Origin: Takakia lepidozioides
Lineage: Eukaryota > Plantae > Bryophyta
Assembly: GCA_030704615.1 (NCBI GenBank)
Contig: CM060734.1
Span: 54,560,001-54,624,000, forward strand
Direction: 5' to 3'
Length of the DNA: 64,000 nt
In this document: piece by piece, positions 24,701 to 37,200 of the stretch
Layout of the letters: the number at the start of each line of letters is the position of its first letter
Numbering within the stretch: the first letter of the stretch is position 1
The notes under the pieces: generated by a model
The model's input: only the letters and a program-made list of their open reading frames with translations
Database searches by the model: none
What the model was told of the DNA's origin: nothing
Program-made: the position numbers and the translations under genes

Positions 24701-27700
24701 GGCCATCTATGACCGCTCCGGATTTGCTCAAAAAGGTCATCCCCAAAATGAGATCCACTCCATCGATCTCACAGATAGTGAAGTTCTCACGTCCCTCCCA
24801 ACTCCCCAGTTGAAGAGGAACATCAAACGCCAACCTTGTCGCCAACTGAGGTTCTCCTTTGGCAGAGCGCACCTCAATAGAGGCCCCCACGTCACTTGTC
24901 GGGAGTCCCAACTTTCGCGCCGCCGCCGGCGTCATGAAGGAGTGCGACGCTCCTGTGTCCACCATCAACGACACGTTAGTTCCGGATATTATCCCATCCA
25001 CGAACAATAACTGACTCCCTTTACGCAGGGCGCCAGTTTCCTGATACAACTCACAAGAATAGTTGCCTACCTTGCAAGTCCTGGCGACCACCGCTTCCAC
25101 CACGCGACTGATTGTATCTTCCGACAGCTCCGTGGTTGCCCAAGTCATGTTCAATTGTCGAGGTTTTGTGCACTTCTTGGCCATGTGCCCGGGCTCCCCG
25201 CAATTGAAACACACTCCATCAAAGGTTGCCTTCTGTCCGCCATAAGCTCCACCCGCTTTTCCTTTCGAAGCACCGGGTGCCGCCTTGACATGTGAAGGCC
25301 CTCCCTTCGATTTCCACGTGCCATTATCGCCGCGTGGCCTATCCCACTTCTTTTCCGGTCGGAAGGAGTCACCTTCCCGCCGGGTCTTCTTGTGGTTCAG
25401 CTCCGTACGGCCTTGTCTCTCACCCCTAGGGACATCCGAGAAACATTCAGCCCTCTCAATTGCCTCGTTCAAAGTCTTGGGTGGCTTCTCCTCCAACTTC
25501 CGCCTAGCCCATGGGGCCAGTCCCGCCACAAAGTTGAAGACCATTTCTGGTTTTGCCATGTCCGCGACTTCGAGCAACAACACATTGAAAGCCTGGACAT
25601 ACCCCCGAATGTCATCTGTTTGCTTCAAATTCCTCATCTTGTCCCGGGCAAGCCAAGATGCGTTGAGGGGCACAAACTGTCTCTTCATCAATTCCTTGAA
25701 CCCACTCCAGTTCAAGGTTTCCGGGTTTGGGCCTCGGTCGTGAAGGTGTTTCTGCCACCATTGTTGAGCATAGCCCCTCAAATAGGTGGGAGCCACTTCC
25801 ACCCGATCCTCGTCACTCAACTTGGCCGCCCGGAAGTACTGCTCTAGCTCCAGGAGCCAGGTGTTGAGTGCCTTCCGGTTTCGAACGCCCTCAAAGGTGC
25901 CGGGTTCCTTAGGCTTCACCTTAAACTTTGCCTTAGCGGAAGTGGCATTAGCCGCCTTCAACACGTCTTTCAACGTCCCGCCAAACTGCGCCAACAATCC
26001 TTCCCAAAAGGCTGCTGGCATGGGAGGCATCTCTTGGTTTGTCGGAGCTCTCAAGGATTCCTCGGGCTCCGACTCCTCGGATTCCTCCCACTCCTGAGCG
26101 GCCTCGTTTTCGGAAACATTCATCGCTTCCTCAAACGGCCGCCTCGGTGACACGTCGCCCCCATCGGGCTCACCAGGATCATCATCTTTTGGGCCATTCC
26201 GCTTTCGCTTTGGCTTGCCCGACCCCATGATGAGGCCAATCCCAAGGACGATCGCGTACTGAACTCTAAGCTCTGATACCAAGTGTCACGCACCTCACTT
26301 CGGTAAGCTCCCCTTCAAGTCATAGTTACTCGCTTTGATGCGCGCGCCTGACTCCCAACCTGGCTGCCGGGCCAACTCGGAGCTTCGGCTGCTCACCGGG
26401 ACATAACGGTCCCCCTTCGCTCTCCCGAAAGACCCTCCACCTATTTGGGCCTAGTGGAATTCCCTTTGGTAGATGGCAGTCCGGAACAGCTCCTCACTCT
26501 TTGGTCGCTTTCCGGCTCGCTTGCTTACTCACTAGTTTTTGGACACCAACGGACTTGCACCGTTCTCGGGGTTACTACTCCCTATATATACTTCTGTAGC
26601 TGTCCGCAGGGGTTTCACAACCAGCTATGCCATTTTATGGCGAACCACCACGAAGACCCTCGACTCCCGGTGGTGAGTCGCGGTGAGTCTTGGCCCTCTC
26701 ACCACGACCCCATTGGGCCGTGATGAGTCCCAAGACTCCCCACGACTCCCACCACGAGGTCTCCACCCTATGGTGAGTCCTATGCCACCCCCACTAAGAC
26801 CCGCTAAGCTACCACCACCCCTTGTGGAGCCACCCCCACCGCAACCCGGTGTGCAGGGCTCCACCTAGTGAGCGCCTCCGCCTCCTTGAGTGCCTTGGAC
26901 ACTCAAGGGTGCTTCAGCCCCCCCCCCCCCCCCCCCCCCCCCCCATACCTATCGCTGCCGCTGCCCCCACCACAGGGGCAGCCCCTCATGTGTCCCGACC
27001 CCCTCGCCCTCAAGGCAAAGGGCCGCGACAGCAAGGGCATCTACCATATGATCACACCAGGCTTGACAATCATATCAGACACACCAACTTTATAGCCCTT
27101 TAGATGTTCTATTGCTTGAGCAATCTCAGAAGAACTAATGGGCAGGTTGTACCCCTTTGTGATGCACTCCAGTTTTTCAGGGTTGTCTTGGATTGTAGAC
27201 AGTCATTTCCACTGTACCCTTTCATTCTTTAGAAGACTCCTCGCTGTTTATAGGTAGGTCTGACTGACAGGGTCTTCTTGCATAGGCCTTTGGGCTTTGC
27301 TTACCCACTAGGTTTGCCATCCCTAGTAGTATGGTGGTATTGTTTCTCATGTTTATGTTGAGCAATGTGTGCAGAGTTCAGTAAAAAAAAGGAAGGGAAT
27401 TGCAGGGAAGGATGCGAACGAGCATAAGTCTCTTACTCCAGCAAAGTGTGCACCAACTATTGCGCCAACTGTTGTGATGAGTGGCGCGGTTGTTCCAACT
27501 TATGAAAAACCAGCCCCGCCCACTCCACAGACTGACGTTCCAGCTCCCTTGTATCCACCAGTATCGGCTCCTCCCTCGTATCCGCTTATGTACCCGCAGT
27601 ATCCTGCCATGTCAGGGTATAATCTGCATGGGCACATGCCGTATCCTCACTATCAACCTCCAAACAATGATCCTCAGTGCCAGAATTACAATTCTTTTGC

Positions 27701-30700
27701 TCCACCTGCAGGCGCTCCAATGCATGATCCTAGTCAAGGTGGGTATTCCATTTACCACCATTATGGAATGCATCCCCATAGTATGTATCCTCCTCGGCCT
27801 ATGTACAACCAACCTACTTCCTCCCTCTATCCTACCAGCCCTGCAAGACCACACCAGGGGCAAGTCCAGTATGGTGGCCACCAACCTTCAGGATCCAACT
27901 ACAGTGGAGTACAACAGCCGGCACCTTCGAGCTTCACTGCACCGCGGCCACCTCTTTATCCAACATCTCCAGGTACACCTAATACCCTGAAAGGGAAAGG
28001 CATTCTGAAACAGACCGAGGATGCATTTGCTCCGCATCATCCTGTGGGGTGGGAGACAACAGTCCAGCCCCAACAGAGTGAAGGTGGTAACATGCAAGGT
28101 ACTGTTGAAACCTTGCAGGATTCCAGCCTTACTCCTGGGGGGACATCAGGTGTGACTCCTATAGAACGCAAAAATGCTTTAAGGAGGGAAAGAAGGGCAC
28201 TTGCAAAAGATCTGAGAGACCAGGCTGCTCAGAATGTGGCTGTAGGGAGGAGGAAAATTTTCATTTCTTGTGATGAACTTGGAAACCCTGAAGGTCCTGC
28301 TCGGAACCAGTGGATGACAGCTCTGCGAGGGCAGTGTCAATGTTTGTTGGACTGGTCATTGTATGCTCAGGATCAACCATTACACTTAATTGAAAAGATC
28401 ATGGAGATCTTGGCTTCAGATTGGGAATACGGACCTCCTGGTCTTAACATAAAGGCTATTACAAAAACAATTTGCGGGCAGCTCAAGTACCAACGAAATA
28501 AGCTGTTCAAAAATTACTATAGTGTGGGGCTGCCCAAACCCCATCATGTGCCAGACAAGACATGGGCACAACTAGTTGTTAGTTGGGGTTCCACTGATTT
28601 CAAGAAATTCCAGGCAAATGGTGTCAAGGCGCGGGGATGTGTGAAGAATACATCTCGATCGGGTCGCAGTGGAATCAGCGGTGTTGTAGCACGACTGGTA
28701 TACTTCTCTTACAACATAGGAAGTTCCCACATTGTTTGCATTGACAAACTTTATGTGTTGGGTTTTTTTGGATGGAGCTCATAGTCTATTCCTATATGGA
28801 TGGAATTAGTACACATTGCTACTACTTGGGGGCCTTCTCAGAGTTGGGCGCCAGCAAGAAACTAAGCACTCTTATTGAGGGGGAGTCATTGACGCTATCC
28901 TAGATAATTCTTTACTGTTGGCAGTGTGCTATGCTAGTCATTTACACTTGCAAGTTTGTTGCAATCACAGGAGAAGGAGACTGGACGTACACCAAGTTTG
29001 CAGGAGATCGCCGGTAGCGCCAGGAGTGACAAAGGCTACGGGTCGGGGTGTACAGGCAGTGCAGCCACAACGGTATATGAACTCAGTACCAATTCTGGTG
29101 TGAATTACATATTCGTGATTTCCATGCCATTGCTAGTTGCCGTTTGGTTCTCTTTTCTTACTAGTTCATCAGTCAGTGTAGTGAATTGTTACTTTGGAGG
29201 TGTTCTATGTGATGGGGCAGGGAATTGGTTCACTAGCAGCTCGCCTCGATGCTATGGAAAACAAACAAGTACAGATGGAAGCCAGCTCCAAGGCAGCTTT
29301 GGAAGCAGTCCAAGTCCAACTGGAGGCAGCAGCTGCATTCAACATTGTGCTCGCAGCTAAACTTGGCATGAATGTGCCAGATTCACAGCCTACAGGTCCA
29401 CCATGCACCACCTTTGCGCCACATCCAACAAATGGGACTATTTCTCATGTTATGGGCTCACCACTCAACCTGTTCAAGGCAGTTTCTTCACCGCCACCAA
29501 AGCCAAACACAATAGGCTCATTGTTTGGGCTTTCAGAAATGGAGGGGGATGATGACATGGAGGGTTGGTCTGAAGGTGAACTCAATCCATCCCCCCATAT
29601 TGTTGAGGCAATTGCAAAGTGTTCATCAGTTTTGTTGTCCCCTACACCAGTAGCATTGCCGGCATATGTACTACCCTCTCAATATGCCTGTGAGGTCTCC
29701 ATGAATTTGCAGAGTGCCCCACAGAAAGGTGTGTCTTTTGTACATGATAATCATGTACAAGTTGTAGGTAATTGCCCTTCGGCAACTGAGAGGCAGAAAC
29801 ACATCCTTATACTTGACTTGAATGGATTGTTATGTGAGAGCAAACTACGAACAAGGGAATACCTAGAGCCCACTGTCACCTCCAGACCTGGGTGTCAGGA
29901 GTTTCTGGACCGATGCCTTCAGATTTTTGATGTAGGTGTATGGTCTTCCATGTCATTGAGTAATGTCCTTCCAGTTGTGAAAGCTTTGTTTCGTGGGAAG
30001 CAACCAAAGATGGTGCTTCACCAAGACTATTGTGACCAGTCTGTGGGAATGGTGGACCCTTTCAATCCTTCTAAAACTGTCATGTACAAGAACTTATGTA
30101 AGTTTTGGAAGGACTACAGCCATTACAATCCAACCAATACTTTGCTGGTGGACGATTCCCCACTCACTTGCTTACCCAACCCTGCAAATAATTGCATCTT
30201 CCCGTATCCATGGAAGTTGAGGGATCAGCCAAACTGCAAGAGGCTTATGAAAGAATTACTGCCTTGGTTAGAGGGTGTATCCAAGGCTGCACACATCCCT
30301 GAGTATGTGTCAGGGCACCCATACAGATATGGGCAGCCCAACTATTTGTTCAATACTGCAGCCATGGGTAGTGGATCACAACAATCTGCAAAGGCATCCG
30401 AACCAGGGCTTCCTGCTGCCAGAGTTACAACGACTTTGCCTCCCGATGCAACAACAAAGCATAATCAAAGAAAGGTGAGAGCAAAAGTTTCAATGCTTGG
30501 GCGCGTGGGTGGATTTGTATTGTTAATGCTACTTCACAATGTGTGTCATTCGTGCTATTCTCATTTTTTGATCGTTGTGTCATTCAATATACAGATGGTG
30601 AAACCAGTGAAGCGTTCAATGGACAGGGAGAGTACAATATGTGCTATCAATCAGACTACAACCACAGTGGATCTAACTGAACCACAGGGTGACCAACAAA

Positions 30701-31325
30701 ATCCGCACAGTGTAAGTACTTCATTTGTGCAATTTTGTTTCCTTGTCTGATGCTGGATCAATACACCTCTTATGTATCGCCACATAGCTGCAGGCCCAAC
30801 AACCTACAAAGGTAGTTTTGTGACATCGTCCTACCACATCCATGTTGACCATGCATAACCTGCTACCAACTAGGTATGGCACCGTTCCAGCTTTGATCAT
30901 GTCAGCATGTAGTATAGAGACAAGCAAATGCAATTCGGAATTGGAAGTACTGCAATAGGTAGGGTTGGGGTGTTTGCTGGAAGAACTTCAATGTCATTTT
31001 GCAGGAGTGTCAAGCTGTCAGTCTCTGTTCTCCAGGGTTCATTTCTGATATAGGAATCTGGTTTTTGTTGCAGTTTCAGATCGGCAATAAGGTGTTATTG
31101 TTTGATCCTTGTGCACCAAAAAGAAGGGCATGTGTGGGATATATTGCTGGATTTCCGAAAGCAAATGTGCCAGACAACTATTACCGTATCCATGTGAAAT
31201 CGGTCATGATTTCAGAGGTTGTGTTGCCGTACCCGGACTACTCTGTTACCCCTAATTATACCACATTGGGTGACACGCAGGGAAGTTCCACCTTATGGTC
31301 TGAAAAGTTTCTTAAACACGCGTGA
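15752..31325 (+). CDS. CACTA ORF2 (TnpA/Ptta-like) with embedded FCP1/NIF HAD-phosphatase domain; predicted exons ~15752-15884, 16018-16343, 27375-28697, 28971-29072, 29221-30473, 30594-30710, short ~30788-30811, 31074-31325
   Basis: N-terminal [11 protein letters not shown]...RRSHR motif; Pro/Tyr-rich region; [17 protein letters not shown]...GRSG and [12 protein letters not shown] (Ptta-like); [12 protein letters not shown]...RPGCQEFL...VGVWSS...NTLLVDDSP (NIF); C-terminal VLPYPD...TLGD...TLW. GT-AG boundaries mostly keep frame. Intron 2 holds the LINEs and chromovirus copy 2. Exon limits are approximate. Confidence 0.7.
16870..18490 (-). mobile_element. RTE/RTEX-like LINE relic A (APE endonuclease to RT start, large internal deletion joined to 3' end, (CT)n tail)
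   Basis: [28 protein letters not shown] (17372-18481); [17 protein letters not shown] (17118-17375); family 3' end ...gcaaacaacgtcttatgagtacaatctctctctc at 16870-17060. Confidence 0.88.
20037..27030 (-). mobile_element. Full-length chromovirus LTR retrotransposon copy 2
   Basis: LTRs 26284-27030 (5') and 20037-20769 (3'), TSD GCAAG (20032-20036 / 27031-27035), PBS TGGTATCAGAGC on the minus strand near 26270-26281. Confidence 0.97.
21678..26228 (-). pseudogene. gag-pol of copy 2, frameshifted
   Basis: ORF 24540-26282 contains gag, knuckle and protease in one frame; RT/RH 23320-24273; INT pieces; chromodomain at the end of 21678-22511. Confidence 0.95.
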
Positions 31326-32139
31326 TATTGAAGGTGCTACAAGTTTAGTTTAGTTTTCTTTATGGATTGAGGGTTGCTGAGACAGGTGAACAAAACAGCT
31401 CTTCTCACATGAACAATATTTTTTGAATTGATGCTCTTACTATTCTCATGTATGATCACAAGATCCCCTTGTTCAAGGGCAACTTCATTTTCCCATATCA
31501 AGCCAAATTTTTCTTGTGTAGACATGAATGTGGTATTTTGCTGGTTGTTTGCTATATTTAATATTAATAACATTACTATTGGTCAATGTGGTTAATAATA
31601 CAATTATTATCCCTGTTTTAAATAATGTTTAAATGAAACAAAACAAATAATAATTCTAAAATAATAATATATTACATATTAAATCAAGCAGCCAATGGCT
31701 TTTGGGGTGCTATCCCATTTATTATAAGAATAAGAATAATAATAATAATAATAATATGACTATTCATTTTGGCATTTGTCAGCAAATAATAATTGTTTAC
31801 TTTTCGTCCAATAGGAACAAAACAATGGATATGACAGTATTCACACTAGTGTCATTGCGATCACACCACGACTTGAACCTGGTGTTAAATCTGTGTGAGA
31901 GAATCCGTAAGAAGAGCCCTTAATATCTATTATTTATTTAATAATTCTGATGGACTCTATTACGTGGCATTCCCTTTGACATACATGTGGCAGACATGGT
32001 GGCAATGAGGTGTAATAAGTACCGTAGAAAGACCATTAAGATTACTTAGTCAAAATAGTAGTTGAACTAACCAGTCAAAACGGCCGTCAAAATATCCGTA
32101 AAAAGAGCCACCTAAACCTACTGCCACATCAGGTACAAG

Positions 32140-32296
32140 TTTGGTGTGAGATGGTTTTTTTCACAGGACCAAGAAAGTTCACATGTGGTGCAAAGGACTA
32201 GGTTAACCTAACACCAAGGGGGGGTGTGAACTTGGGCTCTTTTCACACCAACATGTGTGAGAAGAGCCGTTAAAAAAACCGGTTTCTGTATTAGTG
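32140..32296 (-). repeat. CACTA right subterminal repeats and TIR (32269-32296)
   Basis: Ends in TAGTG; gtgtga/ttcaca motifs as at the left end. Confidence 0.85.
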
Positions 32297-34018
32297 TGAC
32301 GTGTGAGGGCCCTCCCTTCGATTTCCATGTGCCATTGTCGCCGCGTGGTCTATCCCACTTCTTTTCCGGTCGGAAGGAATCACCTTCCCACCGGACCTTC
32401 TTGTGGTTCAGCTCCATACGGCCTTGTCTTTCGCCCCTAGGGACATCTGAGAAACATTCAGCCCTTTCAATTGACTCATTCAAAGTCTTAGGTGGCTTCT
32501 CCTCCAACTTCCGTCTGGCCCATGGGGCCACTCCCGCCACAAAGTTGAAGACCATTTCTCGTTCTGCCATGTCCGCGACTTCGAGCAACAGCACATTGAA
32601 AGCCTGAACATATCCCCGAGTGTCATCCGTTTGCTTCAAATTCCTCATCTTGTCCCGGGCGAGCCAGGACGCGTTGAGGGGCACAAACTGTCTCTTCATG
32701 AGTTCCTTGAACCCACTCCAGTTCAATGTCTCCGGGTTTGGACCTCGGTCATGAAGGCGTTTCTGCCACCATTGTTGAGCATAGCCCCTCAAATAGGTGG
32801 GAGCCACTTCCACCCGATCCTCGTCATCCAACTTGGCCGCCCGGAAGTACTGCTCTAGCTCCAAGAGCCAGGTGTTGAGTGTCTTCCGATTTTGGACGCC
32901 CTCGAAGGTGTCGGGTTCCTTAGGCTTCACCTTAAACTTTGCCTTAGTGGAAGTGACATTAGTCGCCTTCAACACGTCTTTCAACGTCCCACCAAACTAC
33001 GCCAACAACCCTTCCCAAAAGGCTGCTGGCATGGGAGACATCTGTTGGTCTACCAGAGCTCTCAGGGATTCCTCGGGCTCCGACTCCTCAGATTCCTCCC
33101 GTCCTTGAGCAGCCTCGCTTTCAAAGGCATGCATCGCTTCCTCAAATGGCCGCCTTGATGACACGTCGCCCCCATAGGGCTCACCAGGATCATCATCTTT
33201 CGGGCCATTCCGCTTTCGCTTTGGCTTGCCCGACCCCATGATGAGGCCGATCCCAAGGACGATCGCGTATTGAACTCTAAGCTCTGATATCAAGTGTTGC
33301 GCACCTCACTTCGGTAAGCTCCCCTTCAAGTCATAGTTACTCGTTTGACGCCTAACTCCCAAACTGGCCGCCGGGCCAACTCGGAGCTTCGGCTGCTCAC
33401 CGGGGCATAACGGTCCCCCTTTACTCCTCCACTAGACCCTCTCCCAATTTGGGCCTAGTGGAAATTCTCTTTGGTCGATGGCAGTCCAGAATAACTCCCC
33501 ACACCTTGGTCGCTTTCCGGCTCGCACGCTTACTCACTAGTTTTTGGACACCAACGGGCTTGCACCGTTCTCAGGGTTACTACTCCCTATATATACTTCT
33601 GTGACTGTCCGCGGGGGTTTCACAAACAACACCACCATTTTATGGCAAACCACCACGAAAACCCTCGATTCCCGGTGATGCGTCGCGGTGAGTCTTGGCC
33701 CGCCCACCCACCACGGTCCCCTTGAACCGTGATGAGTCCCAAGACTCCCCACGACTCCCACCACAAGGTCTCCGCCCCCATGGTGAGTCCTATGCCATCC
33801 CCACTAAGTCCCATTAAGCTACCACCACCCCTTGTGGAGCCACCCCCACCGCAACCCGGTGTGTGGGGCTCCATCTAGTGAGTGCTTCCGCCTCCTCGAG
33901 TGCCTTGGGCACTCGAGGTTGCTTCAGCCCCCCGTACCTATTGCTACCACTGCCCCCACCATAGGGGCAGCCCCTCTGCGACCCGACCCCCCTGCCCTCA
34001 AAGCAAAGGGCCGCGACA
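32297..34018 (-). mobile_element. Chromovirus copy 0: 5' LTR (33295-34018), mutated PBS and gag N-terminal part
   Basis: Gag ORFs 32997-33293 and 32208-32984 (in-frame stop between them); PBS reads TGATATCAGAGC; the LTR is homologous to copies 1 and 2 but more diverged. Confidence 0.94.
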
Positions 34019-34299
34019 TTTACTCAATCGTTGTTGACATACAATTTTTCAATTTGCCAGTCCTCAAGTTTTTTCTATGAGGTTTTTCTTCATTTTCCCT
34101 CTAAGCTCTACGACTTTTCTGCACCAAATTTTCATTTCATTTCATTTTCATACTTCTCATTTTTTGCCCTGGTTTAAGAGGGAATTTCACATGTCATTTC
34201 CGTTGTTCAAATTTTAAGCAATTTTTATTTCTCATAGTTTTTATTTGGTGGTCTCACTTTTTATCCTCTCTCATGTTTTCTTCAGATCCATTTTCTCCC

Positions 34300-37200
34300 A
34301 TGAGATCCAGGCGCTTCCCAAAAGTTGTTATATAACGCCATTTTCTTTTCAAATCTATTCATACCATAACCATAGCCATAATCATAACTATTATGGTTAT
34401 TGAAATGTCTTCTCCCTTCACATTTGCGCTAGTTTTTTTCTTTGTTTTGGATTGACATGCATTTAGGCATGTTACAGTTTGCTTTCTATGTTACATCTTA
34501 ATACTAGGTCCAGGTTCCAACGACGAGTCTTTCATTTAAATACTTGTCCATAATATTAGGTTTTTCATTTTTTTTTTTGCTTACTAGTACCCTACTAACA
34601 ACACTAAGTTCTAGCGAAGTCTGGAGTTTTCCATAAGACTTAGTGTTTGTCTATTTTGTAACTTAAACAAAAACCCTAAACCCTTACCCTAAACCCTTAC
34701 TAGAAAACCCTCAACATTTACCCTTAACCCAATACCCCAGAACCCTCTCCCTTCCCTTTGCAAATGAGAATCAACTATCCATACCATAATTATAACCATT
34801 TTGGTTATCCAAATCTTTTCAATGTAACCAAATTTCCATTTTGTACCATACTAACACACACTAAGTTGTAGCGAGTGCGAGTCTTCCGGCATGTATGCTC
34901 ACCATTTCTGCCTTCAACCCAAGCCCTAAACCCTTGTCGAAAACCCTAAGGAAAACGCTACGCCATTGTTACGTCTAAACCCTTACCCTTTCCCCTGCAA
35001 CTGGGAATGAAGTATCCATACCATAACCATAACTATTTATGGTTATTCAAATCTCTTCGCCCTTCACCTTGCGCAAGGTTTTGTCTTTGGTTTGGATTGA
35101 CATGCACTTACATTTTTTATCGAACTTTGCTTTCTATGTATCTTAATACCAGGTTCCAAGGACGAGTTTTTCATTTAAATACTTGTCCGATGCAATGACT
35201 ACACTTCCATAATATTAGGTTCTTCATTTTTATTTTGCTTAGTACCACCTTACTAACAACACTAAGTTGTAGCGAGTGCGAGTCTTCCGGCATGTATGGT
35301 CACCATTTCTGCCTTCAACCCAAACCCTAAACCCTTGTGGGGAACCCTAAACAAAACCCTACGCCATTGTTACGTCTAAACCCTTACCCTTCCCTTCCAA
35401 ATGGGAATGAAGTATCCATACCATAACCATATGTATCTTAATACCAGGTTCCAAGGACGAATCCTCAATCTAAATACTTTTCCGGCCCAATGATTCTTCC
35501 ATAATATTTGTTTCTTCATTTTTTATTTTATTTTATATCCTTCTAACACACACCAAGTTCTAGCGAATGTGAGTCTTCCATATTTGCTTGTCCAATAGTG
35601 TTCTTAAACCCAAACCGAAAACCCTACCTTTACCATCACCCCTAAACCATTAATCTTACCATAAACCAATAACTTTAGTGTACTACCCTAGTTACACTCC
35701 AAACCTTATTGTACTACCATGTTACATCTTCTCAATGTTTCATGCTCTTTTAATATTTTCTTTTGTTGGATAAGGTATGATAGAATGATTACAGGGATAT
35801 CAAATTCCTCAACCATTTCTTAATTGTACTGAGTGTGAGTCCATCATATTTGTTTGTCTTTTTGTACCCTAAATCCAAACCCTAAACCCTTACCCTTACT
35901 GTAAATCCAAACCTTATTACACTTCTCTCTAGTTACACCCCAAACCTTATTGTACTACCCTAGTACCTCTTCCGAATGTTTCATGCTATTCTAATATTTT
36001 ACCGCCCTTGTCACATCCAAAACATGATTCATTCCAATGGCGTGGTATGTGGACATTGTGCTTCAGATAAAGATTCAATCAATAAAATTACCAGCAAGTT
36101 GTATCGAGTACGGTAGAGTACGAGTTTGGCCCATGTTCGATGCGACCCATTTGTTTATCATGATGACCTGCAATGGAATATTACTTTATTCGACTTCCAA
36201 GTGGACGTTCAATGAATTGTTCAATACTGCTACTTCACATTGAGCACTTCAATGTCAAATGGACCTCTTCTATGACACATTTTGAAACAAGTATGACATC
36301 ACCTGAAATTTCACAAAATTCAATCACACATTACACCATGATATTATTAATATTTCAATTAAATTTAATACAAATATATATTAAGTTTAGTCCGGATTTA
36401 AGCCAAAAGTCCAGAATTAATTAAAATAGGGTTGTTAGTGTACTACCCTACTTACACTCCAAACCAAGTTATTGTACTACCATGTGTGAGTCTTCCATAT
36501 TTGTTTGTTCTTTTCTACCCTAAATCCTTATCTTTCTCTTTACCCTTCCCTTAATCCTTACCCCAAGCTTAAGCGTGACCCTTAGCACCCTAAACCATTA
36601 CTCTTACCATATACCAAAAACCTTGTTGTAGTACCCTACTGAAACTCCAAACCTTATTGTACTACCATGTTATCTTTTGTAAAATTTGTATCATTTTCTT
36701 TTAATGTTTTCTTTAATTTTGTTGCATAACGTATGATAGAATGATTACATGGATATCAAATTCCCCCTACATTTTTATATTCTATGGAGGTGAGTCTTCC
36801 ATATTTGTTTCTCTCTTTCTATCATAAACCCTTTAAAACCCTAAACCCTTCTCCGAGTCACCACAAATTTGGACCTTATTGCACTTAATATATCTAGTTA
36901 CACCCCAAACCTTACTTTACTACGCTAGTAGGTCATCTTCCTAATGTTTCAAGCTATTTTAATATTTTACTGCCCTTCTCACACCCAAAACATCATTCCA
37001 ATGGCATTGTCTATGAATATTGTGCTTGTCAACATGAAGATTCAATCAAAATTACTATCAACTTATATCGAGTATGATAGAGTATGAGTCTATCCCATGT
37101 TCGATTCGACACATTTGTTTATTGTGATTACATAATGTAATACTACATCATTCGACTTCCCAGTGGACGTTCAATGAATTGTTCAGTACTGCAACTTCAC

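Larger units (their letters stand above)
18508..27290 (-). mobile_element. RTE/RTEX-like LINE relic B, with an internal inverted RT segment (~19321-19680), interrupted by chromovirus copy 2
   Basis: (GA)n tail at 18508-18531 and a diverged family 3' end; minus-strand [11 protein letters not shown] start near 19930; plus-strand [17 protein letters not shown] at ~19430; sequence resumes at 27031 with similarity to 17260-17330. Confidence 0.8.
1214..32296. mobile_element. CACTA/En-Spm DNA transposon, ~31 kb including nested insertions
   Basis: Starts CACTACTACAAAAACCGATTTTTCCAAC and ends GTTAAAAAAACCGGTTTCTGTATTAGTG (23/28 inverted match). The 3-bp TSD TGA lies at 1211-1213 and 32297-32299. Removing the element restores gag (compare ccttgacatgtgaaggccc at ~25283). 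It contains a Transposase_21-type gene. Confidence 0.96.

Noticed and set aside
26918-26944. Long poly-C tract in the copy 2 LTR
   Set aside because: Homopolymer length differs between LTRs; slippage or sequencing error is sufficient.
34660-36860. True telomere or chromosome-fusion site
   Set aside because: Only 1-2 unit AAACCCT runs are dispersed in duplicated blocks; there is no long array.
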